Program-made: the position numbers and the translations under genes
Shown: positions 1 to 13,118 of the stretch, in pieces
Numbering within the stretch: position 1 is the stretch's first letter
Layout: each line of letters opens with the position of its first letter
The notes under the pieces: model-generated
Seen by the model: only the letters and a program-made list of their open reading frames with translations
Told to the model about the DNA's origin: nothing
Database searches by the model: none
Source: Eledone cirrhosa
Lineage: Eukaryota
NCBI GenBank assembly: GCA_964016885.1
Contig: OZ024755.1
Location: 7,254,001 to 7,318,000 of the forward strand
Direction of reading: 5' to 3'
DNA: 64,000 nucleotides

Positions 1-130
1 GTAGTAGTAGTAATCGTAGTTGGTAGTAAAAATCGTAGTAGTAGTAGTACTAGTAGTAATTGTAGTTGGTAGTAAAATTGTAGTAGTATTAGTAGTAATT
101 GTAGTTGGTAGTAAAATAGTAGTAGTAGTA
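1..130. repeat. (GTA)n-rich degenerate microsatellite
   Basis: GTAGTAGTA runs with TTGGTAGTAAAA interruptions. Confidence 0.85.
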
Positions 131-271
131 TGATGTCTCAGAAGTATGAGAAATAGCGATAGTGGTGTTTGCACATAATACACGCAAGTATGATTATAAA
201 GTGTTTATATATATGTGTAAGTGTGCATACATGTGTGTAAGTGTATAATTATGTGTATTTGTCTCTCTTTC

Positions 272-383
272 ATATAAACATTCGTGTGTGTATATATATA
301 TATATATATATTTATATATGTGTATATAAACATTCGTGTATATATATATATATATATATTTATATATGTGTATATAAACATGC

Positions 384-423
<40 letters not shown>

Positions 424-432
424 ATGCGTGTG

Positions 433-469
<37 letters not shown>

Positions 470-486
470 ATATATAAACATGCGTG

Positions 487-559
<73 letters not shown>

Positions 560-1278
560 GTATATATACACGCATGTTTATATATATATTTATATATGTA
601 TATATAAACATGCGTGTGTATATATATATTTATATATGTATATATAAACATGCGTGTATATATATATATATATATATTTATATATGTATATATAAACATA
701 CGTGTATATATATATATATATTTATATATGTATATATAAACATGCGTGTGTATATATATATATATTTATATATGTATATATAAACATACGTGTATATATA
801 TATATATATTTATATATGTATATATAAACATGCGTGTGTATATATATATATATTTATATATGTATATATAAACATGCGTGTGTATATATATATATATTTA
901 TATATGTATATATAAACATGCGTGTATATATATATATATTTGTATATGTATATATAAACATGCGTATATATATATTTATATATGTATATATAAATATGCG
1001 TGTATATATATATATTTATATATGTATATATAAATATGCGTGTATATATATTTATGTATGTATATATAAACATGCGTGTATATATATATATATATTTATA
1101 TATGTATATATAAACCAGCGTGTATATAAATATATATTTATATATGTATATATAAACATGCGTGTATATATATATATTTATATATGTATATATAAACATG
1201 CGTGTGTGTATATATATATTTATATATGTATATATAAACATGCGTGTATATTTATATATGTATATATAAACATGCGTG

Positions 1279-1313
<35 letters not shown>

Positions 1314-1482
1314 GTATATATAAACATGCGTGTATATAGATATTTATATATGTATATATATAAACATGCGTGTGTATATATATTTATATATGTATATATA
1401 AACATGCGTGTGTATATATATATGTATATATAAACATGCGTGTATATATATATATTTATATATGTATATATAAACATGCGTG

Positions 1483-1513
<31 letters not shown>

Positions 1514-1646
1514 GTATATATAAACATGCGTGTATATAGATATTTATATATGTATATATAAACATGCGTGTATATATATATATTTATATACGTATATATA
1601 AACATGCGTGTATATATTTATATTTATATATGTATATATAAACATG

Positions 1647-1693
<47 letters not shown>

Positions 1694-1706
1694 GCATGTT
1701 TATATA
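272..1706. repeat. TA-spaced minisatellite, unit TAAACATGCGTGT(AT)nTTATATATGTATATA
   Basis: dozens of tandem units; inverted units ACACGCATGTTTA at ~568 and ~1690. Confidence 0.95.
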
Positions 1707-2529
1707 TTAATCATGTTTTTCTCATAAGTTCATTCACTTCGATTCAATAACGATTTCCCCTATCCATCTCTTCCTCTCTCTCTAACTCCCCCTTCTCCTC
1801 CCTCAATCGATCAATTCATCTCTCTATCCCCTCTATCCCTCCTCTCTCTCACTCGATCGATTAATCCCCCATCTTTCCCTTCTTTCTCCCTCTCGTCTCT
1901 CTCTCTCTCCCAATCGATCAATCAATCTCGGTCATACACTCTTTTTAATTCTATTTTTTTATCTCGATCTCTTTTACACTCTCTCTTATTATTTTTTACA
2001 CTCTTTCACTCACTCTCTCCTTCCTTTTCCCCCTTACACTCAGTCTTTATCTTACTCTCGCTTTCCCTCTTTCCACCCTCCATAATATTTTTCATCCATT
2101 TTCTGTCTTTCTCCCCCTCCCTCTCTCTCCCCTTTTCTGTGTATTAATAAACACATACATACAAGTATTCCTTCATTCCTATATTCAGTCTTTCTATCCA
2201 TCAACGAAATTGCTTAATTTATCTTCACACTGTTTGTCTATCTGTAAATCTATTCCTCTATTCCTATATTCCATCAATGAAATTGTTGAATCCTATCTTC
2301 ACACTATTTGTCTATCTATACATCTATTCCTATATTCTTATATTCCACCAATGAAATTGTTGAATCTATCTTCACAGCGTTCCTCTATCCATTCCTCTAT
2401 TACTTCATTCCATCACGACACTTCAATACGTTCATATCAATGAAATAACTCTCCACACAATCATCACATTGTACGTTCGTCTATCTATTCGTCTATTCCA
2501 TCATTCACTACAATATAAATAAGCTCACA

Positions 2530-2578
<49 letters not shown>

Positions 2579-2630
2579 CATATATATACAATATATATAT
2601 ACAGCATATATATACAATATATACAGCAAC

Positions 2631-2670
<40 letters not shown>

Positions 2671-2909
2671 GTTGCTGTATATATTGTAGAATATTCTAAC
2701 GTTCTCAACGATCTCTGTTGCAAGTTTGTGGCAAAGAAATTGATTGTTGATTTCACTTACTATATTTATACATACATGCACACCACGTAGAGTTTTATTT
2801 CTTCCTGTATACATAAACTCATGTGTACATCTTTGTGTGTATATATATACATATCGAGTACTAAGTTGAATAATGATATTATTGGTTTTAACTAATAACC
2901 ACTAACATT

Positions 2910-2951
<42 letters not shown>

Positions 2952-3425
2952 GCATACAGTTGTATACATCTGTTTACATGTACACAGTTTAAAAGGAGTG
3001 ATTCCTCTTTTAGTTCATTATTTTTCTGCCACACACACAAACAGACACACACATAAACACACACACACACATAAACACACATCTATACACACACACTCAT
3101 TCTCTCTCGCGCACTTACTGTTCCCTTTACAAAACGTGACACAATTTATACCACACATAAAACCATTTTAATATAACAGAAGATAAAAGATTAAAAATAG
3201 TCTACCAATTCCATATTTGTAAGATCTCTAAAATATATATACGTATATAAATCTATTTTTACTGCAATTACAATGGATATTGTTGCAGTTCACATATTGT
3301 TGTATTTATTGGACAATTGTAGGCACCATCCTACATAACGATATTTTAGCTACCTGTATTAAACTTCTTCCTCTTTATATAGTTGCATGTCTGTGTGAAA
3401 ATATGTTTGTATTATATAAGACAAC

Positions 3426-3650
3426 AGGGCGGTAGATTGGCAGTATCGGTAGTTGATCGAACGTTATGCTTTGTAGCATAGAATTACGCCGCTTTACGGT
3501 CTGAGTTCAAATCCCACCGAGGTTAACTTTGCCTTTCATCCTTAAGGCGTCGATAAAATGAAGCACCAATAACGTACTGGGGTCGATTTAATCGTCTCCC
3601 CCCCCCCTCTATTCAAATTACTGGCCTTGTGCTTATACAAGAAATCATTA
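3426..3650 (+). mobile_element. tRNA-derived SINE, family S1 (central GAGGTTAACTTTGCCTTTCATCC..GGGGTCGATAAA domain, MetaSINE-like)
   Basis: A-box-like TGGCAGTATCGG, B-box GAGTTCAAATCC, conserved central domain; many copies in window. Confidence 0.85.
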
Positions 3651-4159
3651 TATAAGACGACGTTAGAAACGTTGGGTAGAAGCGTTTGCAGTATTCGTTC
3701 CGGCACTCTTCACACTAAGTTCAAATCCTGCCCTGGTCAACTTTGTCTATCATTCTTCTGAGATCGTCAAAGTAAATATAAATGTGTATAACACACTCAC
3801 ACATACACACACATATGCATATGTATATGATATTAGAAAATATAGTCACCAAACTGCAAATAACTATAATAATAGCAAATAGAAATTGTATAGATCGAGT
3901 AAAGTACCCCTGAGGATGGAAACATGCACAGAGACGTCTGCGGCGATTCGAATCTGATATCTCTTCTATACGAGAGGGTGTGTTTAATGAATCTATCACA
4001 AATATAGTCACCACATCTGTAAATGCTTGTTGTCATTCATACACATATAAATCTTCTTACATTCACATATATATTACACAGACATAAATTCATATTTCTC
4101 GTAAACTTTTTATATACACATATACATATATATATACATATACATATATATATATATTT

Positions 4160-4220
4160 ATCAAAATAACAGATTAAAGTTTAAGCAAAGAATAGCTGCT
4201 TTCACCCTTAACGGGATCTT
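4160..4220 (-). mobile_element. family C hammerhead-bearing insert, 5'-truncated
   Basis: reverse complement of AAGATCCCGTTAAGGGTGAAAGCAGC..TTTGCTTAAACTT; flanked by TA. Confidence 0.75.
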
Positions 4221-4457
4221 ATATATATATATTTATATGTATATACATACACATTTATTGTATTCATCAGCAGCCCCGAAAGGAACACATTTAAACATTT
4301 TCACGTTTATATGCCTTGGATATTACCACAAAAGAGAACCGATGTCTAACATAAACCGAATTGAATGTCGTTATTTCAAACAGCTGTCTGTTTCTCGTAT
4401 AAACGTCACAGCAAAGTATTCGGAATATTAAATAATATAAGAACGTTGTATGCTTGC

Positions 4458-4505
<48 letters not shown>

Positions 4506-4520
4506 TATTTATATATATAT

Positions 4521-4634
4521 AATTGTTTCTACTTTTGGCACAAGGCCAGCAATTATCCCAGTGTATTACTGGTACTTTATTTTATCGACCCCTTAAGGAT
4601 GAAAGGTAAAGTTAACCTCGGCGGGATTTGAACT
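4521..4634 (-). mobile_element. S1 SINE, partial
   Basis: matches 7616-7808 in reverse. Confidence 0.85.
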
Positions 4635-4656
4635 TTACCTTTCATATATAATATGG

Positions 4657-4699
<43 letters not shown>

Positions 4700-4700
<1 letters not shown>

Positions 4701-4834
4701 ATATATATTCATTTATGTATGGATATATATATTCATTTATATATGTTGAAAAACATATATAAATACATACTTACATTTATATATGGATATATATATATAT
4801 TCATTTATATATGGATATATATATATGTATATTC

Positions 4835-4879
<45 letters not shown>

Positions 4880-5030
4880 TTTATATATATATATATATAT
4901 ATTCATTTATATATATATATATATATTCATTTATATATATATATATATATATTCATTTATATATATATATATATATATTCATTTATATATATATATATAT
5001 ATTCATTTATATATATATATATATATATTC

Positions 5031-5061
<31 letters not shown>

Positions 5062-5258
5062 CATTTATATATATATATATATATTCATTTATATATATAT
5101 ATATATATTCATTTATATATATATATATATATATATTCATTTATATATATATATATATTCATTTATATATATATATATATATATTCATTTATATATATAT
5201 GTATATTCATTTATATATATATATATATATATTCATTTATATATATATATATTTATTC

Positions 5259-5295
<37 letters not shown>

Positions 5296-5318
5296 TTTAT
5301 ATATATATATATTTATTC

Positions 5319-5357
<39 letters not shown>

Positions 5358-5381
5358 TTTATATATATATATATATATTCA

Positions 5382-5463
<82 letters not shown>

Positions 5464-5570
5464 TTTATATATATATATATTCATTTATATATGGATATAT
5501 ATATATTCATTTATATATATATATATTCATTTATATATGGATATATATATATATATATATATATAATATG
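4700..5570. repeat. (TA)n array punctuated by ATTCATTT
   Basis: tandem ATTCATTT(AT)n units. Confidence 0.95.
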
Positions 5571-5637
5571 GATATACATATGGATATCACATTAATGTTC
5601 ACATTAATTTATAAATATATATATCATATTAATGTTT

Positions 5638-5734
5638 ATACACGGAACAAATGCGCTACTTAAGGCTTTATATTGACCATATCTCCAGATTGTAAGAGGG
5701 ATTAAACCTTAGGTAGCGTCTTTGTTCCGTGTAT
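5638..5734. repeat. imperfect inverted repeat (~32 bp arms)
   Basis: TACACGGAACAAATGCGCTACTTAAGG / CCTTAGGTAGCGTCTTTGTTCCGTGTA. Confidence 0.7.
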
Positions 5735-5747
5735 GGATATAAATAAA

Positions 5748-6063
5748 TAATTGTTTCTACTTTTGGCACAAGGCCAGCAATTACCCAGTGCATTACTGGA
5801 ACTTTACTTTATCGACCCCGTAAAGATGAATGGTAAAGTTAACCTCGGCGGGATTTGAACCCAGAATGGAAAGGACCGTAACTCTATGTGTCAAAGCATG
5901 GCGTCTGACCTTCTAACGATACTGCCAATCTACCGCCCTTATATATAAATAAATAATTGTTTCTACATTTTGGCACAAGGCCAGCAATTACCCAGTGCAT
6001 TACTGGTACTTTATTTTATCGACCCCGTGAGGATGAAAGGCAAAGTCAACCTCAGCGGGATTT
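5748..6063 (-). mobile_element. two tandem S1 SINEs (5748-5940 full, 5954-6063 partial)
   Basis: reverse matches to the S1 consensus. Confidence 0.85.
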
Positions 6064-6241
6064 TATATTATATAAATAAATAATATATAACAGCTCTATA
6101 CCCGATTGAGCACAGCTTTTCGTTTTCCTTTTTCACACATATTTCCGACATCTATATATATATATGTATCTTCTTCTTATTTCACTTATTCCAGAGAACA
6201 TCGTTGGGACAGGATCCTCAAATATATATATTATAGATATA

Positions 6242-6340
6242 CAGGGTGTCCCGTAAAATATATACACACTTAAACAGCATTCTAATAAATATTGTCTGTA
6301 CAGGTAATCAAAGTGTGCATACATTTTTTGGGATACCCTG
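6242..6340. mobile_element. Tc1/mariner-type MITE (TIR CAGGGTGTCCC, TA flanks); relatives at ~13590-13665, 14834-14913, 28349-28425, 54356-54453
   Basis: TA-CAGGGTGTCCC ... GGGATACCCTG-TA; five similar copies. Confidence 0.8.
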
Positions 6341-6789
6341 TATATATATATATCTATCTATATATATATATATTGTTATAATTTCGGAGGGTCATGCTGC
6401 CAATAAAAACACAAGCACCTGTCAGTTCTCACTTCAATTTATTACAAATTTCCAGTTGGTTGATTTAGTAACCAGATGGTTTTTATTTATTGTCAAAGGT
6501 CAAAGCTCTTGCGTCACACATTCTATGACTTCATCAAGTGACTAATTTGTTATCTTGCGTCTTTCATTTGTTCTGTCCTACACCATCTTAAGAACATTGT
6601 TGAGTAATGGTCTAACTAGTTTTAAATTAGTTCTATCCTGATTTACATACAAACTATATATAGTGCCCAAGAAGAACTCATTAATCACACAATTAATGAG
6701 TTTTATAAAGTATGATAGGACTATTTTCACCACAATACCAAAGTAAAAAGAAGTAGTTTATCATATGACATAATTATATTTGTAAGAAT

Positions 6790-7112
6790 ATGAAATTATA
6801 CGATGTAGTAGGGACTTATGGAAGGCCAACAGGGTTAATATTACACCAGTTAAGAGAACACTAACAGAGGATGAAATTATACAATATAGTAGTGCTATGG
6901 AAGGCCAACAGGGTTAATATTACACCAGTTAAGAGAACACTAACAGAAGATGAAATTATACAATATAGTAGTGCTATGGAAGCCCAACAGGACTAATATT
7001 ACACGAGTTAAGAGAACATCAAATCAACAGAGGATGAAATTATACAATATAGTGGTATGTTATGGAAGGTCAAAAGGACTAATACTACACCAGTTAATAG
7101 AGCACCAACAAA
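6790..7112. repeat. ~80-bp tandem repeat, 4 copies
   Basis: ATGAAATTATA recurs at 6790, 6871, 6950 and 7034. Confidence 0.9.
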
Positions 7113-7424
7113 AGATTAGGAGAGATGTGACGTAATAGGTTCTGGTGAGCAGCTACGATTAAATATAATTCATATCGATATCTATATTTATCAAAGCAGC
7201 AATGTTTGATGGATCTATAAACTGACAACTTGTGTCTATCTTCAGTTATATTTGAACTCTACAAATTCTATTTAGAGACAAACTTTGGCCATCCAATATT
7301 TTTTGTCTTTACAGAAGTTATTTATAATTCTTCTCTCTCCTCATATAATTCAAGTATTTTTTTTATCTATCTTCGATAATAATTATAGCCTTAATTTTAT
7401 TCTTAATCACATTAATAATAAGGG

Positions 7425-7808
7425 TTTCTGATTGAGACACAAGTCCAAGAATTTTGGGGGACGGAAAGTCAATTAAATCGACCCCAGTGCATTACTGTTA
7501 CTTTACTTCATCGACCCGGTAAAGATGAAAGGAAAAGTTAGTCCTTCATCAGAATATATATATCGAGCCCTCTTTGGATTTTAGTCTTCACATTTATTAT
7601 TATTACTATATATATAGGGCGGTGAATTGGCAGTATCGGTAGAGGGTCGGACGCCATGCTTTCTAGCATAGTTACGCCCCTTTACAGTCTGAGTTCAAAT
7701 CCCGCCGAGGTTAACTTTGCCCCTTTCATCCTTACGGGGTCGATAAAATAAAGTACCAGTAATGTACTGGGTAATTGCTGGCCTTGTGCCTAAAGTAGAA
7801 ACAATTAT
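7425..7808. mobile_element. S1 SINEs (7425-7541 minus, 7616-7808 plus) with family D and C fragments between them
   Basis: S1 consensus; TAGTCCTTCATCAGAA (D) and TATCGAGCCCTCTTTGGATTTTAGTC (C tail). Confidence 0.8.
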
Positions 7809-7851
<43 letters not shown>

Positions 7852-7902
7852 AGTAAAATGACAGGAGGCTGGGCTGGTGAAATTCCTTAAAGATTTATTA
7901 TA

Positions 7903-7962
7903 AACACTATGCATATTTTAATGACCGGGTTCTGCAGGAACCTGGTGACATCATCAGGTGTT
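7903..7962 (-). ncRNA. degenerate type I hammerhead ribozyme
   Basis: minus strand: AACAC-CUGAUGA-stem II ACCAGGUUC/GAACCCGGU-(UAAAA in place of GAAA)-UAUGCA-UA-GUGUU. Confidence 0.55.
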
Positions 7963-8165
7963 ACGAAATTTATCCAATAAAGGAATATAATAATGGTAGA
8001 CACAATCCAAGGGACTAAAAAGTAGAGAGAAATATTTAAGACCTGAAGGCGGCCAGAGCCAGCAGTTGCTAGTCCAGATGACCGCCTATATTTATATATA
8101 TATATTATTCAATGGATCATATTCTATATATGACCTACTGTATCTCTATTTTTATTTCTATCTAG

Positions 8166-8229
8166 GGATTACCAAATACTGTGGCCATTTATGGAACTGA
8201 CAGCTGCTGGGTTCGTAGTCTTCAAAGAG
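8166..8229 (+). other. candidate 64-nt exon
   Basis: pyrimidine tract plus TCTAG acceptor, GAG|GTAGGT donor, two open frames; no recognisable homology. Confidence 0.25.
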
Positions 8230-8893
8230 GTAGGTTCACATTACCTTCAACGGAACTAACTCAACAACATTTACAGTGTAAATCATTGCATGTCTTACAT
8301 GCCAAACACCAATTTTAGAATCTGGTAAATTGTGACAGAAAATCTCCGAACAGTTGTGCGGTTTTAAATTGATTTTATTTTCGTGTATAATATACAATTT
8401 AAATTGAACATTATCAGCATCAATGTCATCCGTCTCAGTGGAACTCCAAAGGTCACGAGCACAGACCCTTCCATCTGACTTACAAACAAATATAACTATA
8501 TTTTATTTCCGTGACATAAACAATTTGTATTGTCCTGGGTATGACATTTAGTTACCCCTTAGTTGTCATCTAAGGTCCCAGGTCTGCTCTGGCTCGGAGT
8601 AGTAGTACCTGTTAGGGCCCCATTTATGGGTTAAATTATTACCTTATTCGAGTGGTGCCGGTAAAGTATTATCAGCCACCGAAAAGAAAAATCTCGGGAA
8701 TTTCCCTAGACACTGTAACCTTGGCGCTTATTATATTTTTTATTCTCTTATTAGTTTCATTCATTTAGGAAACGGCCTTCACGTGAATATTTAATCGATC
8801 ACATAGATCTCAGTTCTTGGCAATGATCTAGGATTATTTCTACTATAATATACTATTTTTCACTATACTATTATATAGTATATTTCTCTAGAC

Positions 8894-9058
8894 CAGTGGT
8901 TCCTAAGTGGGTTTACAAAGGAGTGTCTGCGGTTCAGTGAAAAAAGATAAAGGAGTATATTTATATTATGACCATATAAGAGTATTAGATTTTGGGGTTC
9001 CCTCAAAAGTTTCCGAACAAAAAAGGGTTCCGCGTTGTAAAAAGTTTGGGAAACCCTG
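8894..9058. mobile_element. hAT-Charlie-like MITE
   Basis: ends CAGTGGTTCCTAA / TTTGGGAAACCCTG; left flank CTCTAGAC fits the NTCTAGAN target consensus. Confidence 0.7.
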
Positions 9059-9059
9059 G

Positions 9060-9670
9060 ATATACTATCATGTATTATATTCACTATACTATCATACACT
9101 ATGATATATTTCACTTCATAATCATGTACTATGAAATTTCACTTCATAATCATATACTATGAAATTTCACTACATAATCATATACTATGATAGATCGCCT
9201 ACTATGATATATCACTGTACTATTCTATACTATTTTCACTATACTATCATATACTGTACTATATAGCACTATACTATCACACACTATATTATACGAGTAC
9301 TATACTATCACATACTATGCTATTTCATTATACTATATATCCCTATACTATCATATACTATATATATCATTATACTATCATATACTATATATCCCTATAC
9401 TATCATATACTATATATCACTATACTATCATATACTATAATATATACCACTATGCTATCATATACTATAATATATATCACTATACTATCATATACTATAT
9501 TCCACTATATATCATATACTATATATCACTATACTATCATACGCTATATTCCACTATACTATAATATACTACAACTTGAGACCAACTCATACACAAGAAG
9601 ACTACACCATGATATATGATGATAGATAAGATTACTATGGTATACTCTGATAGAATATATCTCACTATAG
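9060..9670. repeat. degenerate TATACTATCA minisatellite
   Basis: ~10-nt motif repeated. Confidence 0.85.
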
Positions 9671-9870
9671 TTCTATGTATATTTGTGTGCATGTGTATGT
9701 ATGTATATAAGTGTGTATGTATGTATGTATGTATGTATGTATGTGTAAATATATGATATATTCATGTGTAGATATTTAAAGTGTGCTGCAATTTTCAGGT
9801 GCAAAATAATTGCATATTACCCTCTCACCTACAACAGTAATTAGCGTCGTACTAATTAACATCCTGAATT

Positions 9871-9902
<32 letters not shown>

Positions 9903-9929
9903 AGTAGGTAGGTAGGTAAATAAGTAGAT

Positions 9930-10712
9930 AGATATATTTTTTTATTTGCCACGAGGGCGCACAAGAAAAGGCGACAATACAAGGACACAGGCCGGGGATT
10001 TTACATACAGATAGACAGATATATAGATAGATAAGTAGATAGGTATATTTCTTTATTAGCCACAGGGGCACAAAAGAAGGGGACAAATACAAAGGGGGAA
10101 GTTTACATACAATAAAAACGTGTAAAATGTTATCACAAATGCAATTTAAAAAATTAGTCGATTTTCCCCAATAGAGGGAGACAGTTTATATGGGTAACAC
10201 ATACCCCCGAAAAAAAATGTGCAACCCTCATCTCCAGGAGTACGAAGAGCTTGTACTCCTTTCCTCTCCTCCTCCTTTTCCTCAACCTACAGGCTGATAT
10301 AGAGAGAAGGCCCATTCACTCGGGCCATTCTCGCCACTTTCACCCACCTTTCATAAAACTTGCTGGGGTACAGCACCTCTCTCTCCATCCTGATTCTTCT
10401 TCCAAAGTGGTATTTGAAAAAAAGAATCAGTTGTTGGCCGGAGAGAAAGGTGTCTGACCTCAGCCCTTTCAACCTTGTCCACCATACAACCTCTTTCGCC
10501 ATAGCTATCACACAAAGGAAAACCGCCTCTCCTTCGTTTTTGAAGGAGGGTGGCGGTTTGATCATGACAATGGACTCGGTGGTCAACTGGATTGGTCCCA
10601 CCCGCGACAATAGTCGTTCTACATAGCCCCACAGGTCAGTGACACCCGGGAAGTGTATGAATGCGTGCGCGACGGTTTCTTCGTCTCGCACGCACCTCGG
10701 ACAGATCTTTTT
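9930..10712 (-). mobile_element. Tx1/L1-clade non-LTR retrotransposon 3' fragment (zf-RVT C-terminus plus 3'UTR) and a second related 3' end at 9930-10005
   Basis: frame ICPRCVRDEETVAHAFIHFP..LW..AKEVVWWTR (10287-10706); 3' end GCTAATAAAGAAA; embedded in (GATA)n. Confidence 0.8.
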
Positions 10713-11714
10713 TGTAGATAGGTAAATAGATAGACAGATATATAGATAGATAAGTAGATAGGTAGGTAAATAGGTAGATAGACAGATATACAGGTAGAGC
10801 TACTTTGTTGAATGTCACAGCCAGTGATGCAGTGCAAATCAACTGGATATCTTAGCTCTAATCTCTAATTATACATGCTACAATTAACACACTGGACCGC
10901 CATGGTCACACACACACACATACACACGCATACCTACATATACATACACGCATACTTACCCCCCCCCCACACACACACACTATATATATATACACGCAAT
11001 TATACAATCATATAAAAATACTACCACTGCTACAGTCACTGGCAATCGAGAATGACTTGGTAGCATCTATCATGTCTTAATTAATGTTTTTATGTACCCA
11101 TCTATGTGTGTATGCGCGTGTGTGTCTCTTTCTCTCTCCTACTCTCTCTCTCTCTGTGCATGTATGTGTGTGTGTGCATGTATGTTTGTGTGTGCATGTG
11201 TGTTATATTATAGTGCAGACAATAACTCTCTAATTATCTCATTAACCCTGCTACACCAAGACACAGACAGCAACCCAAATATAGCGCCTTGCTTTATTAA
11301 ACACATTGATCAATAACCCAATGTCAGCCCTTGGTAATTAATTGTAGAAATAAATAAAACTTATATAAATCAATTAATCGATACTTAATGAATTAAAGAA
11401 CGGAAGAAAGACAATAAGGAAGGAAATAAGGAAGAAAGAAGAATGAAAGAAAGCAAGGAAGGAATGTAGAGAAACCAAAAGAGCAAAGAAACCTATTTTA
11501 GTTGAGCCAACTTTGGCCAAGCTAAATAGCCTAAAGCTCTTGGGACTTTGGCATTTTTAATTGGATGGTCTATATTGAAATGTTGTTAGTATAAAGGATG
11601 CTGTACTCAAGCTCATAGATACTATAAAATAGCTTATAGAGTAGGGTAAAGACAGTCTTTTAAGGTTCTATATCCTATTTTAATTGCTATCTTATAGCAC
11701 CTCTGCGTTTGAGC

Positions 11715-11722
11715 ACATCATC

Positions 11723-11756
<34 letters not shown>

Positions 11757-12022
11757 GATGATGTATATATATAAAGGATGATGTATATATATAAAGGATG
11801 ATGTATATATATAAAGGATGATGTATATATATAAAGGATGTTGTATATATATAAAGGATGATGTATATATATAAAGGATGTTGTATATATAGGATGATGT
11901 ATATATATAAAGGATGTTGTATATATAGGATGATATATATGTATATAAAGGATGTTGTATATATATATAGGATGATATACATATATATATAAATAAAGGA
12001 TGATGTATATATATAAAGGATA
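11715..12022. repeat. 20-bp ATAAAGGATGATGTATATAT array following an inverted seed
   Basis: ACATCATCCTTT(TA)nAAAGGATGATGT palindrome followed by tandem copies. Confidence 0.9.
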
Positions 12023-12029
12023 TATACAG

Positions 12030-12242
12030 TAATAATAATAAATGTGAAAACTAAAATCCGAAGAGGGCTTGATAAGGATAATATATATATAAAAATATAT
12101 AAAAACCGTAGAGCAAATATTTATTAAAATAACATTAAAGTTTAAGCAAAGAATCGCTGCTTTCACCCTTAACGGGATCTTCTGAAACTTAGTTTCAGAA
12201 GATCCCGTTAAGGGTGAAAGCAGCTATTCTTTAATCTGTTTT
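12030..12242. mobile_element. family C insert, head-to-head inverted pair with 3' tail; hammerhead-like fold with CAGAAGA core
   Basis: AGUUU-CAGAAGA-UCCC GUUAA GGGU-GAAA-GCA..UGC-UU-AAACU; inversion centre ~12190. Confidence 0.8.
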
Positions 12243-12309
12243 TTTCTTTAAAAAAAAAAAAAAATATATATATACATACATATATATATATATATATACG
12301 ATATGTAAT

Positions 12310-12371
12310 ATTTCATTCTGATGACTGAAAGCAGATTTGCTTGCTTTCAAGAAACTACTGGTAAATGAAAT
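12310..12371 (+). ncRNA. type I hammerhead ribozyme (family J)
   Basis: AUUUCAUU-CUGAUGA-C-UGAAAGCA/UGCUUUCA-A-GAAA-CUACUGG-UA-AAUGAAAU; perfect 8-bp stem I and 8-bp stem II; GUA site. Confidence 0.8.
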
Positions 12372-12416
12372 AATTATCTTATGTTGTTTATTACATAACT
12401 ATCTATATATATATAT

Positions 12417-12541
12417 GTTTATCCCGTGTTCAATCGGGGGTAACCACAGTAAGTAAGGTACTTAATACATAGCAGAGTATACATATTTAATATAGAAATG
12501 GCTTCTACAGGACTAGAAGTGTTTCATTCGGAGGAAATCAT
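12417..12541 (-). mobile_element. family B insert, truncated in the hammerhead core
   Basis: matches 54149-54280. Confidence 0.8.
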
Positions 12542-12645
12542 ATATATACAGGGTACACCCGGGTTTTGACATTAAATCTTGGGGGTAAAAAAGTGCGTTA
12601 TATAAACAAAAAAATACACACCTATGTACACATTATTACCCTCTC

Positions 12646-12687
<42 letters not shown>

Positions 12688-12834
12688 TGTGTGTGTGTTT
12701 CAATGTGTATGTTTGTGGCTGCCTCTGATTCTCTCTCACCCTCTCTAGCTCTCCCATCACCACTCTCCTTATTTGTCTCTCTCTGCACTCTACCGTGCAA
12801 GCGATGCGTGCATCTGCACTAAACAATATTGTTA

Positions 12835-13118
12835 CCCCTCCCTGTCTCTACATCTCTCTCTCTCCCTCTCTCTCTACATGTCTTCCCACCTCTCTCTCTC
12901 TCCCTCTCTCTCTACATGTCTTCCCCCTCTCTCTCTCTCCCTCCCTCCCTCTCTACATGTCTCCCCCCCCTCTCTCTACATGTCTCTCTCTCTCTACATG
13001 TCTCTCTCTCTCTACATGTCTCCCCCTCTCTCTACATGACTCCCCACCCCCTCTTTCTACATGCCCCCCTCTCTCCCTCTCTCTCTACATGTCTTCCCCG
13101 CCCTCTCTCTCTCTCTAT
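12835..13118. repeat. CT-rich minisatellite CTCTACATGTC(T/C)n
   Basis: about 10 units. Confidence 0.85.
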
